In this document: in pieces, positions 49,369 through 59,194 of the stretch
How positions within the stretch are numbered: position 1 is the first letter of the stretch
How the letters are laid out: each line of letters opens with the position of its first letter
From: Thermodesulfobacteriota bacterium
Lineage (GTDB): Bacteria > Desulfobacterota > Desulfarculia > JACQYL01
DNA length: 64,000 bases
Reading direction: 5' to 3'
NCBI GenBank assembly: GCA_963675595.2
Contig: CAXXLZ010000001.1
Span: forward strand, 1,717,448 to 1,781,447
Notes under the pieces: generated by a model
What the model was told of the DNA's origin: nothing
Database searches by the model: none
What the model saw: only the letters and a program-made list of their open reading frames with translations
Made by a program: the position numbers and the translations under genes

Positions 49369-49897
49369 GTCCCTTCCTCGGCCGATGATTTCATATCACC
49401 TGAAGCGCTACTAACGGCAATCATCCACCGCATTATTGCATTACAAATGGAAGTCTGTCGATTTCGGTAATCCATGAGCAAATCTTCATGGCAATGTATC
49501 AAGAGAACCGAACTTACATACATGCTCTGTGCATGATGTCACAATCGCTCCCCATAGTACACCCATTGAACATAGTCAAATCAATAATTTAAGAGAGACC
49601 GAACAGTCTCGCGGAATCGGACCCATGAGCGAGCACAACATCTCGCCCGAACGAGATTTCGTATTCGATTCCGGTGCATCTTGGTCGAAACCGGTGGATC
49701 GACAGGGCTGAAAAGCCTCTCTTGAGTACTCAATACGCACTATAATGAAATTTCGGCGAATTAATTCGCAATAAAAATATTACCAGGATATTGAAGATTC
49801 GTAAAGTTCACGAGCCCGACACACTCGGCCGGTCAAGGAAGAAAGCGGATTCCGTCCTTTCCGAAAGATGTCGTCGCCGTCGCCTTCCTCCAACTGC

Positions 49898-50689
49898 TTA
49901 ATGAGAGGAACCCTCCACTTCGGCGTACTCGGATTTCTTCACTCTTCCATCTTCATTTAACCGGGCATCGTCCCCGCTTCGCATCGGCAGCGTGAGTCGA
50001 AAGTCGGTGATAACATCCAAAACGGCTGAGCCACGCTTCATCGAGACATCAAGAACGTGACCTCCGACACTTCGATCCGCACTCAAAAAATGAAAATGAT
50101 AGCCGGGAACACTGATTCCTTCACTGACTTCCGGACACCAGAATCCTACGAGGCTTCCCTGCACATTGCGGTATTCAAACACACCTTGATGCTTGACCAC
50201 GGCGACCAACGGAGGGTACGGCGCCGCTTGTTTAGGAACGCTTCTCACTTTCACATAATCGAACCACCCATCCACTCGAACCGCATAAAACAGGTGCTCC
50301 GATGGACGCAGGCCGTTCAGGACCGCCTTGAGCCCTGCATAGTCCAAAGGCTCGGATAGCGTGAAAGCGAGGTCGGGATCAAAGTAAGTGACCATGGCCC
50401 ATGGGCTTGTCGTTTCATCCGAAACTTCCACCGGTTCCCCGTCCATGCCCACTTGAAAGAAAGCACCGTCCAAAGCCACCATTTCTCCGTCCAACCCATC
50501 GAAGGTTCCCAAACCGAAGTCTCCGTGCCGCTTCAATTGAGCGAAATCAACGAAACCATCGTAGGAACCGGCCATGAGGGACCGGATGGTCGCCGCTTGA
50601 AAAACCTCATCGGATCGTTCTTCCGCGGACGCGGAAATCGTGCAGAACACCAACAGCAGGACGGACAGCACCAAGGCAGTTTTCTTCAT
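49898..50689 (-). CDS. budA: Alpha-acetolactate decarboxylase with signal peptide
   Basis: HGDFGLGTFDGLDGEMV, RSVP, VPGYHFHF, GGHVLD; start MKKTALV. Confidence 0.88.
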   Translation of the reverse strand: MKKTALVLSVLLLVFCTISASAEERSDEVFQAATIRSLMAGSYDGFVDFAQLKRHGDFGLGTFDGLDGEMVALDGAFFQVGMDGEPVEVSDETTSPWAMVTYFDPDLAFTLSEPLDYAGLKAVLNGLRPSEHLFYAVRVDGWFDYVKVRSVPKQAAPYPPLVAVVKHQGVFEYRNVQGSLVGFWCPEVSEGISVPGYHFHFLSADRSVGGHVLDVSMKRGSAVLDVITDFRLTLPMRSGDDARLNEDGRVKKSEYAEVEGSSH

Positions 50690-51340
50690 TGCGCATTCCT
50701 CTGGGTTTCGATCTTTGGCTTTCGGGGTCATCGCCGGAACCTTATCATCCCCCGGAATGACCAACAGCTCATACGGGTCGTCTTCCGATCATGAAACAGC
50801 CAACCATGCCGCAGACAAGGCATGTGCTCGAAATCTTGCACGCGAGTTTTGAACGGACTCACACGATTGAGCGGGCCGGAATCGTTCGTGAGACGCGGTT
50901 GGCACCTGAAGATTTTCATCTCTTAACACATGAATACCTTAAGAAAGCCCTGTTTGTCATTATAATAGACCCATTGTGCCCCCTCTTCCGTGCAGAAAGG
51001 TACCTGATCCGACCGTCCTTGGAGAGGCAAAAAGAAACCGGTCGGATGCGTCAATGACCACCGGATCGGCGGCGACCGGCATGCCCCACGCCCTATTCAC
51101 CGCGGCATCCATGGGAATCCAGGCTGCAACGTATTCCGTTCGGCCTCCTCTGCGAGCCGCTTCATCGAATCCCCGTTTAACTCTCCGGCCCGGGATGGTA
51201 TACGGAGATTTCCGTGCATTAATCCGAGAAGGAAAATTCCGGATATGCTTACCGGCCGGGAGCGCTTTTTCCGGATACATTTCCGAACTCCCGGAGGCGG
51301 GGGCGCCGGTCGATCACAACCCCCGAGCATACTTCGTAGA

Positions 51341-51493
51341 CAATCCGTTGAAAAAGTCGGACGATTGCAGAGTGCTGAGAAACGATGATATGCAGGGCGC
51401 TTAAGCCCTCGTGAATGAGGCAAGCATAGAAGTACGTCGCACGGAGACGAAAGATAATGCGCAACGCCGCAGACGACGCTTTTCAACGGTCGG
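51341..51493 (+). repeat. MITE-like repeat copy with terminal inverted repeats
   Basis: caatccgttgaaaaa...ttttcaacggtcgg; interior aligns with 55151-55304. Confidence 0.72.
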
Positions 51494-51683
51494 GTGAGCG
51501 ACATCTTACTCTTCTCTCCGGAAAGGCCGTGACCGGAACGGACCACGGCCCCGAAGGCGTCGTTTCGTGTTCCCACGGAGTATTCCGGACGGAAACGGTA
51601 TTCTCCATGTACGCCTTCAACGACTTCCACTGTTTCTAGTCCACACGAAAACTGAACGCCCCACGAGTCGGAGCGGTCTCCCC

Positions 51684-52580
51684 ATGAAGAATCACCGAAA
51701 ATTCCGTCTATTGAAAGTCTTGGTTCTCCTTCTGATACCATTGGCGGCAGGATGGAGTTGCACGTCGGTGGGTCCCGGACCGGCGGCCTCGAACCCCGAA
51801 ACCGTACCTCGGGTATTTTCCCATGAGCTTTTCGACGGAGTGCTCAAGCGTTTTGTGAATGATGCAGGCCTCGTGAATTATCGGGGTCTAGCCGACAATC
51901 CCGCCGACCTCGACGCCTACCTTGCGCTTCTCGCTTCCATCAGTCCGGACTCTCAGCCGGAAAGCTTCCCCACGAGCGAAGATCGACTGGCCTATTGGAT
52001 CAATGCCTATAACGCTTCCGTCATAAAGATCGTCCTCACCTACTATCCGATCTCATCGGTTACGGATGTGAAGCCGCCCACTTTGCTGTCTTTCTTCGGA
52101 CAGAAGAGTGGATTCTTCTTTTTTCAGCGTTTGACTTATGGAGGCAAGCCCATGAGTCTTCACGATCTCGAAAAAGGCATCATTCGGAAACGTTTCTCCG
52201 ACCCCCGGGTACACTTCGCCCTCAACAGCGCGTCCATGGGTTGTCCTCGACTGCCCAACGAGGTTTTCCTCCCCCACCATCTGGAAGCGCAACTGGGGAA
52301 TGAAACTCTGGTCTTCTTGTCCGAAAGAAGGAACCTCAGGTTGGACTCTCGCACGAATATCCTCTATATGTCTTCCATCCTGCACTGGTACAAGGACGAC
52401 TTTCTGGACTGGTGCGGTACGAATCTAAACAAGAAGGACCCGACCCTGGTCGACTATGTGCTTCATTTCGCACCGAAACGGCTGAAACAAGAGATCGAAT
52501 CAGCGAAGACGCCGGTGTCGATCAAATTCATCCCTTACGACTGGCGTCTTAACGATCAGGCCTCCATGGTCGGACGATAA
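51684..52580 (+). CDS. DUF547 domain exported or lipoprotein
   Basis: LAYWINAYNA, DPRVHFALNSASMGCP, SSILHWY..DF, YDWRLN. Confidence 0.88.
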   Translation: MKNHRKFRLLKVLVLLLIPLAAGWSCTSVGPGPAASNPETVPRVFSHELFDGVLKRFVNDAGLVNYRGLADNPADLDAYLALLASISPDSQPESFPTSEDRLAYWINAYNASVIKIVLTYYPISSVTDVKPPTLLSFFGQKSGFFFFQRLTYGGKPMSLHDLEKGIIRKRFSDPRVHFALNSASMGCPRLPNEVFLPHHLEAQLGNETLVFLSERRNLRLDSRTNILYMSSILHWYKDDFLDWCGTNLNKKDPTLVDYVLHFAPKRLKQEIESAKTPVSIKFIPYDWRLNDQASMVGR

Positions 52581-52807
52581 TCGTTACGGGGGCGCTTATG
52601 AGAAGGTTCCCGCCGGTGATCCTTTGAATAAGAACATCGGAAGGACCTCGCCCTGATTTGTTCCAGTCGTCGCAGCCCCTCTCTCGCTCGAACAAAGGAG
52701 TCGACCCCACATACACCCCAAGTGATCGGAACTGCCTTCGGCGGAGCTCCTGAAAGCTTGTCGGGTCTGTTCCGGACGACGCGGTGCGGCCTCCCCCGAC
52801 CAGTGCC

Positions 52808-53728
52808 ATGAATGCAAATTTGTTCGAATCTCTTGATGACCGACAGGCCCGGATCGTATCCGTTAGCCGCAGAACGGATGTGCCGGCATTATACGCCGAT
52901 TGGTTCTCCAATCGTTTGGCGGCGGGCCGGGTTTCTTGGAGAAACCCCTTCAACCGGCGGCTTTATGGCCTTTCCCTCGAGCCGAATCTGGTTTACGCCT
53001 TTGTTTTCTGGTCCAAAAATTTCACTCCCTTTCTACCGATAATTCCCCGGCTCGAGGACATGGGGTACGCTTCCGTGTTCCATTTCACGATCACAGGGTT
53101 GCCTTCCATTTTCGAACCTCGGTTACCCCCCTTGGAGGAACGAGTCGCCGCATTCGGGGAACTGGTCCGATTCGTGGGCCAAGACCGGGTATTCTGGCGT
53201 TACGATCCCATTCTCCTATCGGACCTCACCGGCGAAACCTACCATAAAACCAGGTTCCACGATTTGTGCGGGGCTCTGGAAGGACTCACAAGCAGGTGCT
53301 ACGTGAGCTTTCCGAGCCTTTACGCCAAAGTACGGAGAGGTTTCTCCCGTCTTCTGGAAGAACAAGGCGTGAGAGTCATCGATCCCACGACGGCAGCCCG
53401 AAAGAAACTGCTCCGCGAGCTGGCCGAAATCGCTGCCCGAAGGCGCATCCGCCTTTATGCATGCTGCTCCCCCGAGCTTGTGGACCGGACGATTCTCCCG
53501 GCCGCCTGCATCGACGCCGAAGCAATGAGGCACCTATTTCCGGAGAGAAGAATTCGAGCGGGGAGGAACCCCACTCGGAAAGGTTGTGGTTGCAGCGAGA
53601 GCAAAGACATCGGCGAATATAACACTTGCCCCCATGGGTGTGTCTATTGTTATGCCAACTCAAACCCAAAAGGGGCTGAGACTCGTTTTCAGAAGCATGA
53701 TCCGGCGTCGGAAACCATGATTCCTTGA
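52808..53728 (+). CDS. DUF1848 domain protein
   Basis: SVSRRTDVPA, VFWSKN, WRYDPI, CGCSESKDIGEYNTCPHGCVYCYAN. Confidence 0.88.
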   Translation: MNANLFESLDDRQARIVSVSRRTDVPALYADWFSNRLAAGRVSWRNPFNRRLYGLSLEPNLVYAFVFWSKNFTPFLPIIPRLEDMGYASVFHFTITGLPSIFEPRLPPLEERVAAFGELVRFVGQDRVFWRYDPILLSDLTGETYHKTRFHDLCGALEGLTSRCYVSFPSLYAKVRRGFSRLLEEQGVRVIDPTTAARKKLLRELAEIAARRRIRLYACCSPELVDRTILPAACIDAEAMRHLFPERRIRAGRNPTRKGCGCSESKDIGEYNTCPHGCVYCYANSNPKGAETRFQKHDPASETMIP

Positions 53729-53995
53729 TTAATGGAACATCGACTTGCCGGGCAGCGGCAAAAAGTGTAAGGTCCTGACCTGATTTGCCGTCCTCTGAGG
53801 AGCCGAGCCGAATGCGCACCAGAACCGGACGAGGCCCCAAGAGCAATTTCCCGCGAACCGCCTACGGGTTCCTCGGCCGGTGATTCCTTCCGAAGACCCT
53901 GCGGCACGGGGCTTCCCGTTTCACACCATGCCATGCCGGGTTCCAGGTGCGGATGAAAAGGGTCCCAACCCAAAAGCCTTCAATGGAGGAGATTC

Positions 53996-54982
53996 ATGTT
54001 TCGTAAAGGAATTCAAAGCCTTATCTTGATGTTTACGGCATTCGCTTTTGTCTTGTGCGTCGCCCCCGTTTCAGCCAAGGAGGGGGATCCCTCGGCCGAT
54101 ACGGTGGCCACCGTGAACGGGGCGAAGATATCTCGTGCCGATTTGGACCGTGAAATGGGCAGAGCCGAAAGAAGATTCACCCTGATGAGCCAGAAATCGC
54201 CCGACGAGACGGAGCAGGCCAAAATCAGGATGGAGGCCATGGAAAACCTGGTGAACAGGGAGCTCCTTTACCAACAGGCCAAGAAGCAGCAGATCAAAGT
54301 GAAGGACGCAGACGTCGAGGCACAAATCGAACAACTCAAAAAGCGCCTACCCGATCAGGCCCAATTCAACGATGCGTTGAAAAAGATGGGGGTCACCGAA
54401 TCTTCCCTCAGGGACGACATCAAAAAGGGCCTGACCATCCAAGGCCTTATTCAACAGAATTTCGTCGACAAGATTAAGATCTCGGACAAGGAGGCGCAGA
54501 AATATTATGACGACAACCCCGACGCCTTCAAGAAACCCGAACGAGTGAAGGCATCTCACATTCTTATTATGGTGGATCCCGGAGCGTCCGATGCGGACAA
54601 AGCCGAAGCCCGCAAGAAGATCGAAGCCGTGCAGGCGGACCTCAAAAAGGGAGCGGACTTCGCAACCTTGGCCAAGGAAAAGAGCCAGTGCCCGAGCAGC
54701 TCCAAGGGAGGAGATTTGGGCTACTTCAGCAAAGGCCAGATGGTCGGACCTTTCGAGGACGCGGCGTTTGCCATGGAGCCCGGTGAGGTCAGCGACATTG
54801 TGGAAACCCGTTTCGGCTACCATATCATCAAGGTCACGGATAAGGAACCCGGTGGAACGGTCCCCTTCGACGAGGTCAAAGACCGCATCAAAGAATATCT
54901 GACACGAGAGCAGGTTCAGCAAAAAGTGACCAAGTATGTGGAAAAAATAAAGGCGAAAGCCGACGTGAAAATACTGCCCTGA
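53996..54982 (+). CDS. PpiC/parvulin-type peptidyl-prolyl isomerase with SurA-like N-domain
   Basis: KASHIL, FATLAKEKS, GGDLG, MVGPFE, TRFGYHII; signal peptide. Confidence 0.92.
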   Translation: MFRKGIQSLILMFTAFAFVLCVAPVSAKEGDPSADTVATVNGAKISRADLDREMGRAERRFTLMSQKSPDETEQAKIRMEAMENLVNRELLYQQAKKQQIKVKDADVEAQIEQLKKRLPDQAQFNDALKKMGVTESSLRDDIKKGLTIQGLIQQNFVDKIKISDKEAQKYYDDNPDAFKKPERVKASHILIMVDPGASDADKAEARKKIEAVQADLKKGADFATLAKEKSQCPSSSKGGDLGYFSKGQMVGPFEDAAFAMEPGEVSDIVETRFGYHIIKVTDKEPGGTVPFDEVKDRIKEYLTREQVQQKVTKYVEKIKAKADVKILP

Positions 54983-55042
54983 GGCTGAATCGGTACTTAT
55001 AGAGCATCGTCCCATCTCGGACGACCACCCGGATTACGACGG

Positions 55043-55078
55043 CGGCGGCGTTCCCCACGGAATACCGCCGTCTCTTTT
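55043..55078 (+). terminator. Probable terminator after the PPIase gene
   Basis: cggcggcgttcc-ccac-ggaataccgccg followed by tctctttt. Confidence 0.55.
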
Positions 55079-55150
55079 GAGAGGGAACGATGTTCCGGCA
55101 GGGCGGACCCAAGGGATTTATTTGTCCTTCCCCGTCGATGCCCGCTCTAT

Positions 55151-55304
55151 CAGTCCGCTGAAAAAGCCCCCCCGATTACGGCGGAGTGCTGAAAACGATG
55201 AAATGCGGAACGCGCAAATCCCGTGGAATGGGGCGTACATAGGAGTACGTCGCAATGGCGGGAAATGAAGCGCAACAGCGCAGGTCGCATTTCTCAACAG
55301 TCTG
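55151..55304 (+). repeat. MITE-like repeat, best-preserved copy (154 bp)
   Basis: TIRs CAGTCCGCTGAAAAA / CAGACTGTTGAGAAA; internal cgtac-atagga-gtacg hairpin. Confidence 0.75.
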
Positions 55305-55529
55305 CCTTATCTCGCAAAATCACCCGCCCCGGTCTTCTCTCCGGCCCGCGCCCCCCTCACCGATATCTGATCGGCGGACATCGCGAAAAAGATATTGACG
55401 GCGTGTTCTCGGTCTTCGAAGAGAGGTTCCCGAACACCCGTCATCGACCGTACCCTGCAATGGATTTAGGGACCGGACGATCCCCACGACAGTGCCGGTC
55501 TCCCGCCACGGCGGGAAGGCGGATTCATC

Positions 55530-55558
55530 TTGACACTTCGGCATTTTTGGATATTAAT
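55530..55558 (+). promoter_or_regulatory. Candidate sigma70 promoter for the acylase gene
   Basis: TTGACA followed after 16-17 nt by TATTAAT. Confidence 0.45.
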
Positions 55559-55716
55559 TTCGCCGAACTATAGGACGGCCACCGTTAAACCATCACCCGA
55601 TAGGGGCCGATTCTCATTTTTCTCATACAATATCGTTCAATCCTTCTGCAATTTGGCTCCACGTTCTCCATTATTCTTCGTAGTTCAATACAACACAGTC
55701 GGTAGGAGGCGGAAAA

Positions 55717-58158
55717 ATGCTCGGAAGATGTAGGATGATTATTGTTCTTGTTCTCGCCGTGACGATTTCTCCAACCTTTACAGCCATTCCAGGCTTTGCC
55801 GGAGCGCCCGAAGCTGAAATCGTCCGGGACGATTACGGAGTGGCCCATGTGTACTCGGACAGTCTGGAAGGCCTTTTTTTCGGCTTCGGTTATGCGACCG
55901 CGCAAGATCGGCTTTTCCAGATCGAGATGTTTCGTCGCACCTATTGGGGCCGGCTGTCCGAAGTCCTGGGGGAAAAACTGCTCGCCTTTGACCAGGGAAA
56001 CCGAAGAGACAATTTGACTCTGGCACAGGTCAAAGGGCAGATCGAGCAGCTCCGGCCGGAGTTGCAGACGGTCCTGCGTTCCTACGCCGCGGGAATCAAC
56101 GCTTATATCGCTGAAGCCGCTTCCGATCCGGAGAATAACCTCCCGAAGGAATTCCAGGACTTGGGTTTTTCGCCGGCGCTATGGTCGTCCGAGGATGTGG
56201 CCGCCGATTTCCTCTCGGTTATGGGCTTCTTCATGGACGTGTCGGCGGAGCTGGCCAATGCTTCCGTGCTCAACTTCCTCGTTGGAAAACACGGGCCGCA
56301 AAAGGGCAAGGCCATGTTCGACGATTGGTGCTGGGGTTATGATCCCCAAAGTCCCACCACCGTTGACCGTGAGTTCACCCTGCCTCGAGCAAGGGCATTG
56401 AAGGACTTCTCCGGACTGGAAAGCCCGTTGAGAAAGGCGGCCCTTGGAGCCGCCTTCAGGGCCGAATCCGCTCTGGCACGAGAGCAGGCCGAAGGCAGGT
56501 TTCTCCGGGAATGGACCGGATACGGACATCCGGCCAGCTACGCGGTAACGGTTGCCCCGAACCGCTCAGCCACCGGGCGCTCTCAGCTCATGGGCGGCCC
56601 TCAGTTCGGTTTTCAGGTCCCTTCCGCGCTCTATGAAGTAGGTCTCCATGGGGCGGGCATCGACGCCGTGGGCTCGACTCTGGCGGGCTATCCCTTCATC
56701 ATGTTCGGCCACAACCGTCGTGCGGCTTTTTCCTCCACCGCGGGAATCGATAACATCGAAGACATCTACGCGGAAAAGCTCAATCCGGACAACCCCCGTC
56801 AGTATTGGTATCAGGGGGCTTGGCGCGACATGGATGTCAGAACGAACGTATTTCGCGTCAAGGGGAACCCGGAGCCCGTCGTAAAGGAGGACCTCTATAC
56901 GGTCCACGGTCCCGTCTTTTTCGTGGATGCCGACCACCATGTCGCCTTCAGCAAACGCCTTAGTTGTAAGGACCGATTCCTGCAGGGCCTGGCTTCATTC
57001 TACGACCTGATGAACGCGGAAACCGTCCAGGAATTCAATCAAGCGGCCCAGCTGAGCGACATGTCCATCAACTACTTTTTTGCCGATACGGATGGAGATA
57101 TCGCTTATTACCACCTGGGTCTCCATCCCATACGTCCCGAAGGTTATGACCTTCGCCTGCCGGCGCCGGGAACCGGAGAATACGAATGGCGGGGTTTTCT
57201 CCCCAAAACCGAAAACCCGCATGCCTCCAATCCGGCCGACGGACTACTGATCAACTGGAACAATCAGCCGGCCCCCGGATGGGGACATGGAGACTTGGCC
57301 ACCTCGGATGTGTGGGGAGGATGGGGTCGTGATGATCGCGTCGAAAGCCTTCTACGGCTTGCCCAAGCCAAGGAGAAACTCGGCCGGGAGGATCTGAAGG
57401 CCATGATCAAGAACATCGCCTTCTACGACAAAAGGGCTCTCAACGCCAAAGACCTGATGCTGGGTATCCTGGAGGCCGCGAACACCAGGAATCCTGAAAT
57501 CAAAGAAGCGCTGAAGCTCCTGGCTCAATGGAACAACCTCCTGACGGACGATGACGGCGACGGGCATTGTGATCAGCCCGGGGCGGCCATATTCAACAGC
57601 TGGTGGGCACGGGTCATCCCCGCCACCTTCGAGAATGAATTCGCAGGTTACAAGAATGTCTTCGGACAGAGTGCGGTTCAGATTCTCTCCGACCGCTACC
57701 ACGGTTACACGCTCTTCTGCAGGGCCCTTCAGGGAGATACCCAAACGGATTTCTTCGACGGTAAGAAGGCGGAGATTCTCGAAAGCAGCCTACTGGCAGC
57801 CCTTGCCGACCTTGCAGAAAGCCAGAAAGGATCGAACCTGGACGGCTACCGTCTGAAGACGGCCATGGACGCCTTTCATCCGGTCACCGTGCTGGGATAC
57901 TTCCTGCATCAGCCCATTACCAGCTCCTCCGTAGAGTTGCCGCCCTTCCCCAAGGTGGATCGAGGAACGCAGAACCACATGGTCAACCTGGAACCGGGAT
58001 CCATTGACGGCATCAACATCACCGCCCCCGGAACCAGCGGATTCGTGGACGGCACCGGGCGGAAAAGCGAACATCTGGACGATCAGTTCGAAATGTTCGT
58101 GGACTTCACCTACAAGCCCATGCTCTTCTATGCCGATGAAGTAGAAACCGGGAAGTAG
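55717..58158 (+). CDS. Penicillin G acylase-like Ntn hydrolase (peptidase S45)
   Basis: IVRDDYGVAHVY, GYATAQDRLFQ, GPQFG, LHGAG, FGHN, STAG, TVHGP, INWNNQP. Confidence 0.9.
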   Translation: MLGRCRMIIVLVLAVTISPTFTAIPGFAGAPEAEIVRDDYGVAHVYSDSLEGLFFGFGYATAQDRLFQIEMFRRTYWGRLSEVLGEKLLAFDQGNRRDNLTLAQVKGQIEQLRPELQTVLRSYAAGINAYIAEAASDPENNLPKEFQDLGFSPALWSSEDVAADFLSVMGFFMDVSAELANASVLNFLVGKHGPQKGKAMFDDWCWGYDPQSPTTVDREFTLPRARALKDFSGLESPLRKAALGAAFRAESALAREQAEGRFLREWTGYGHPASYAVTVAPNRSATGRSQLMGGPQFGFQVPSALYEVGLHGAGIDAVGSTLAGYPFIMFGHNRRAAFSSTAGIDNIEDIYAEKLNPDNPRQYWYQGAWRDMDVRTNVFRVKGNPEPVVKEDLYTVHGPVFFVDADHHVAFSKRLSCKDRFLQGLASFYDLMNAETVQEFNQAAQLSDMSINYFFADTDGDIAYYHLGLHPIRPEGYDLRLPAPGTGEYEWRGFLPKTENPHASNPADGLLINWNNQPAPGWGHGDLATSDVWGGWGRDDRVESLLRLAQAKEKLGREDLKAMIKNIAFYDKRALNAKDLMLGILEAANTRNPEIKEALKLLAQWNNLLTDDDGDGHCDQPGAAIFNSWWARVIPATFENEFAGYKNVFGQSAVQILSDRYHGYTLFCRALQGDTQTDFFDGKKAEILESSLLAALADLAESQKGSNLDGYRLKTAMDAFHPVTVLGYFLHQPITSSSVELPPFPKVDRGTQNHMVNLEPGSIDGINITAPGTSGFVDGTGRKSEHLDDQFEMFVDFTYKPMLFYADEVETGK

Positions 58159-58495
58159 AAAAGCACCAAGGTAAGGTAGGTTAACGACACCGAATTGAAA
58201 GCGGAGAGAGCCGAGGCTCTCTTCGCTTCCGATCCCTCGGCCACAGGATGCTTTGGTCCGCAAAGGAATCCCGTGTGGAGGTCCCGCCGAAACGCCCTTT
58301 CCACACCGCACCTTCCCCGAGGAGGCGAAATAGACTCCGACCGGTCTTCCACCGATGGCAGCCTCGCTTGGAGAAGCGACGCCGAATCCAATGCGGACAT
58401 GTTTCCATCTTTGTCGAACGTGGCGCTCTCGACCCGATCCCCAATCTGAAGAGTCGCTGAGAGCACGGCAAAGCGATCAACCCGCCGTATGCGTT

Positions 58496-59047
58496 TCAAG
58501 AAATATCGATTTCGAGCTCCCTGTGAATTTGAACCATCCACCGGGGTATGGTCGAGTCGTCAACACCATAATAGGATCGCACATAGGGCTTGATGTCCAA
58601 AATAGGGCTGCCGTCCACCGCATCCAACCCTTTTACCTTGAGGATATTGCCGTCGCGTTCAAGGAGCCTGACGGCCGAAACCAGAACGGGATTGGGTCGA
58701 GCGGGACTGCAGGTTGCGAAAATGCCTTGCAAGGGCAAGTCCTTGCGCCCCATCGGATGTACCTGTCGTAGGTTTCGCCGTTCCGAGTCGATCAAGTGGG
58801 GCCAATAGAGCACCAGGATATGGGAGAATTCCTCGATACCGTCGAGAAGCTCCGCCCATTGCTCAAAGATGACCAGTTCACTTACCGTTCTCGTAACCTG
58901 CTCATGATATCGGCGAATCGTCTGTTGAGATTCCCGCAACTCAATATCCGATTTGCCGACCGACAGCATGGGGGTCTTGAGTTCGCTGCGAACCTCACCC
59001 ACGGGGGTAAGCTGCATTTGCACCGGGTCATTTTGGATGTCATGCAT
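58496..59047 (-). CDS. tsaA: TsaA/TrmO-like SAM-binding methyltransferase
   Basis: LDGIEEFSHILVLYW, GIFATCSPARPNP, GLDAVDGSPILDIKPY. Confidence 0.85.
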   Translation of the reverse strand: MHDIQNDPVQMQLTPVGEVRSELKTPMLSVGKSDIELRESQQTIRRYHEQVTRTVSELVIFEQWAELLDGIEEFSHILVLYWPHLIDSERRNLRQVHPMGRKDLPLQGIFATCSPARPNPVLVSAVRLLERDGNILKVKGLDAVDGSPILDIKPYVRSYYGVDDSTIPRWMVQIHRELEIDIS

Positions 59048-59165
59048 TTGAAGTCCTCCTCGGTCGGTTGCAGGCGGCACCGTTCACCCGACGGATGGCC
59101 GTTTCTTGTATGGCATACGGGTCATTTCAGCGGAAAGGGCGGGAAATGTTCTCCGGGAGGCCTCG

Positions 59166-59187
59166 CGGTTCGCGAACCGCCCTTACA
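59166..59187 (-). repeat. REP-like palindrome
   Basis: Minus strand GTAAGGGCGGTTCGCGAACCGC, directly downstream of the RAYT relic. Confidence 0.6.
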
Positions 59188-59194
59188 CCCGTAT

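Noticed and set aside
53771-53782. SRP RNA-like CAGGTCAGG on the minus strand
   Set aside because: Not followed by the conserved CCGGAAGGAAGCAGC loop and no long enclosing stem
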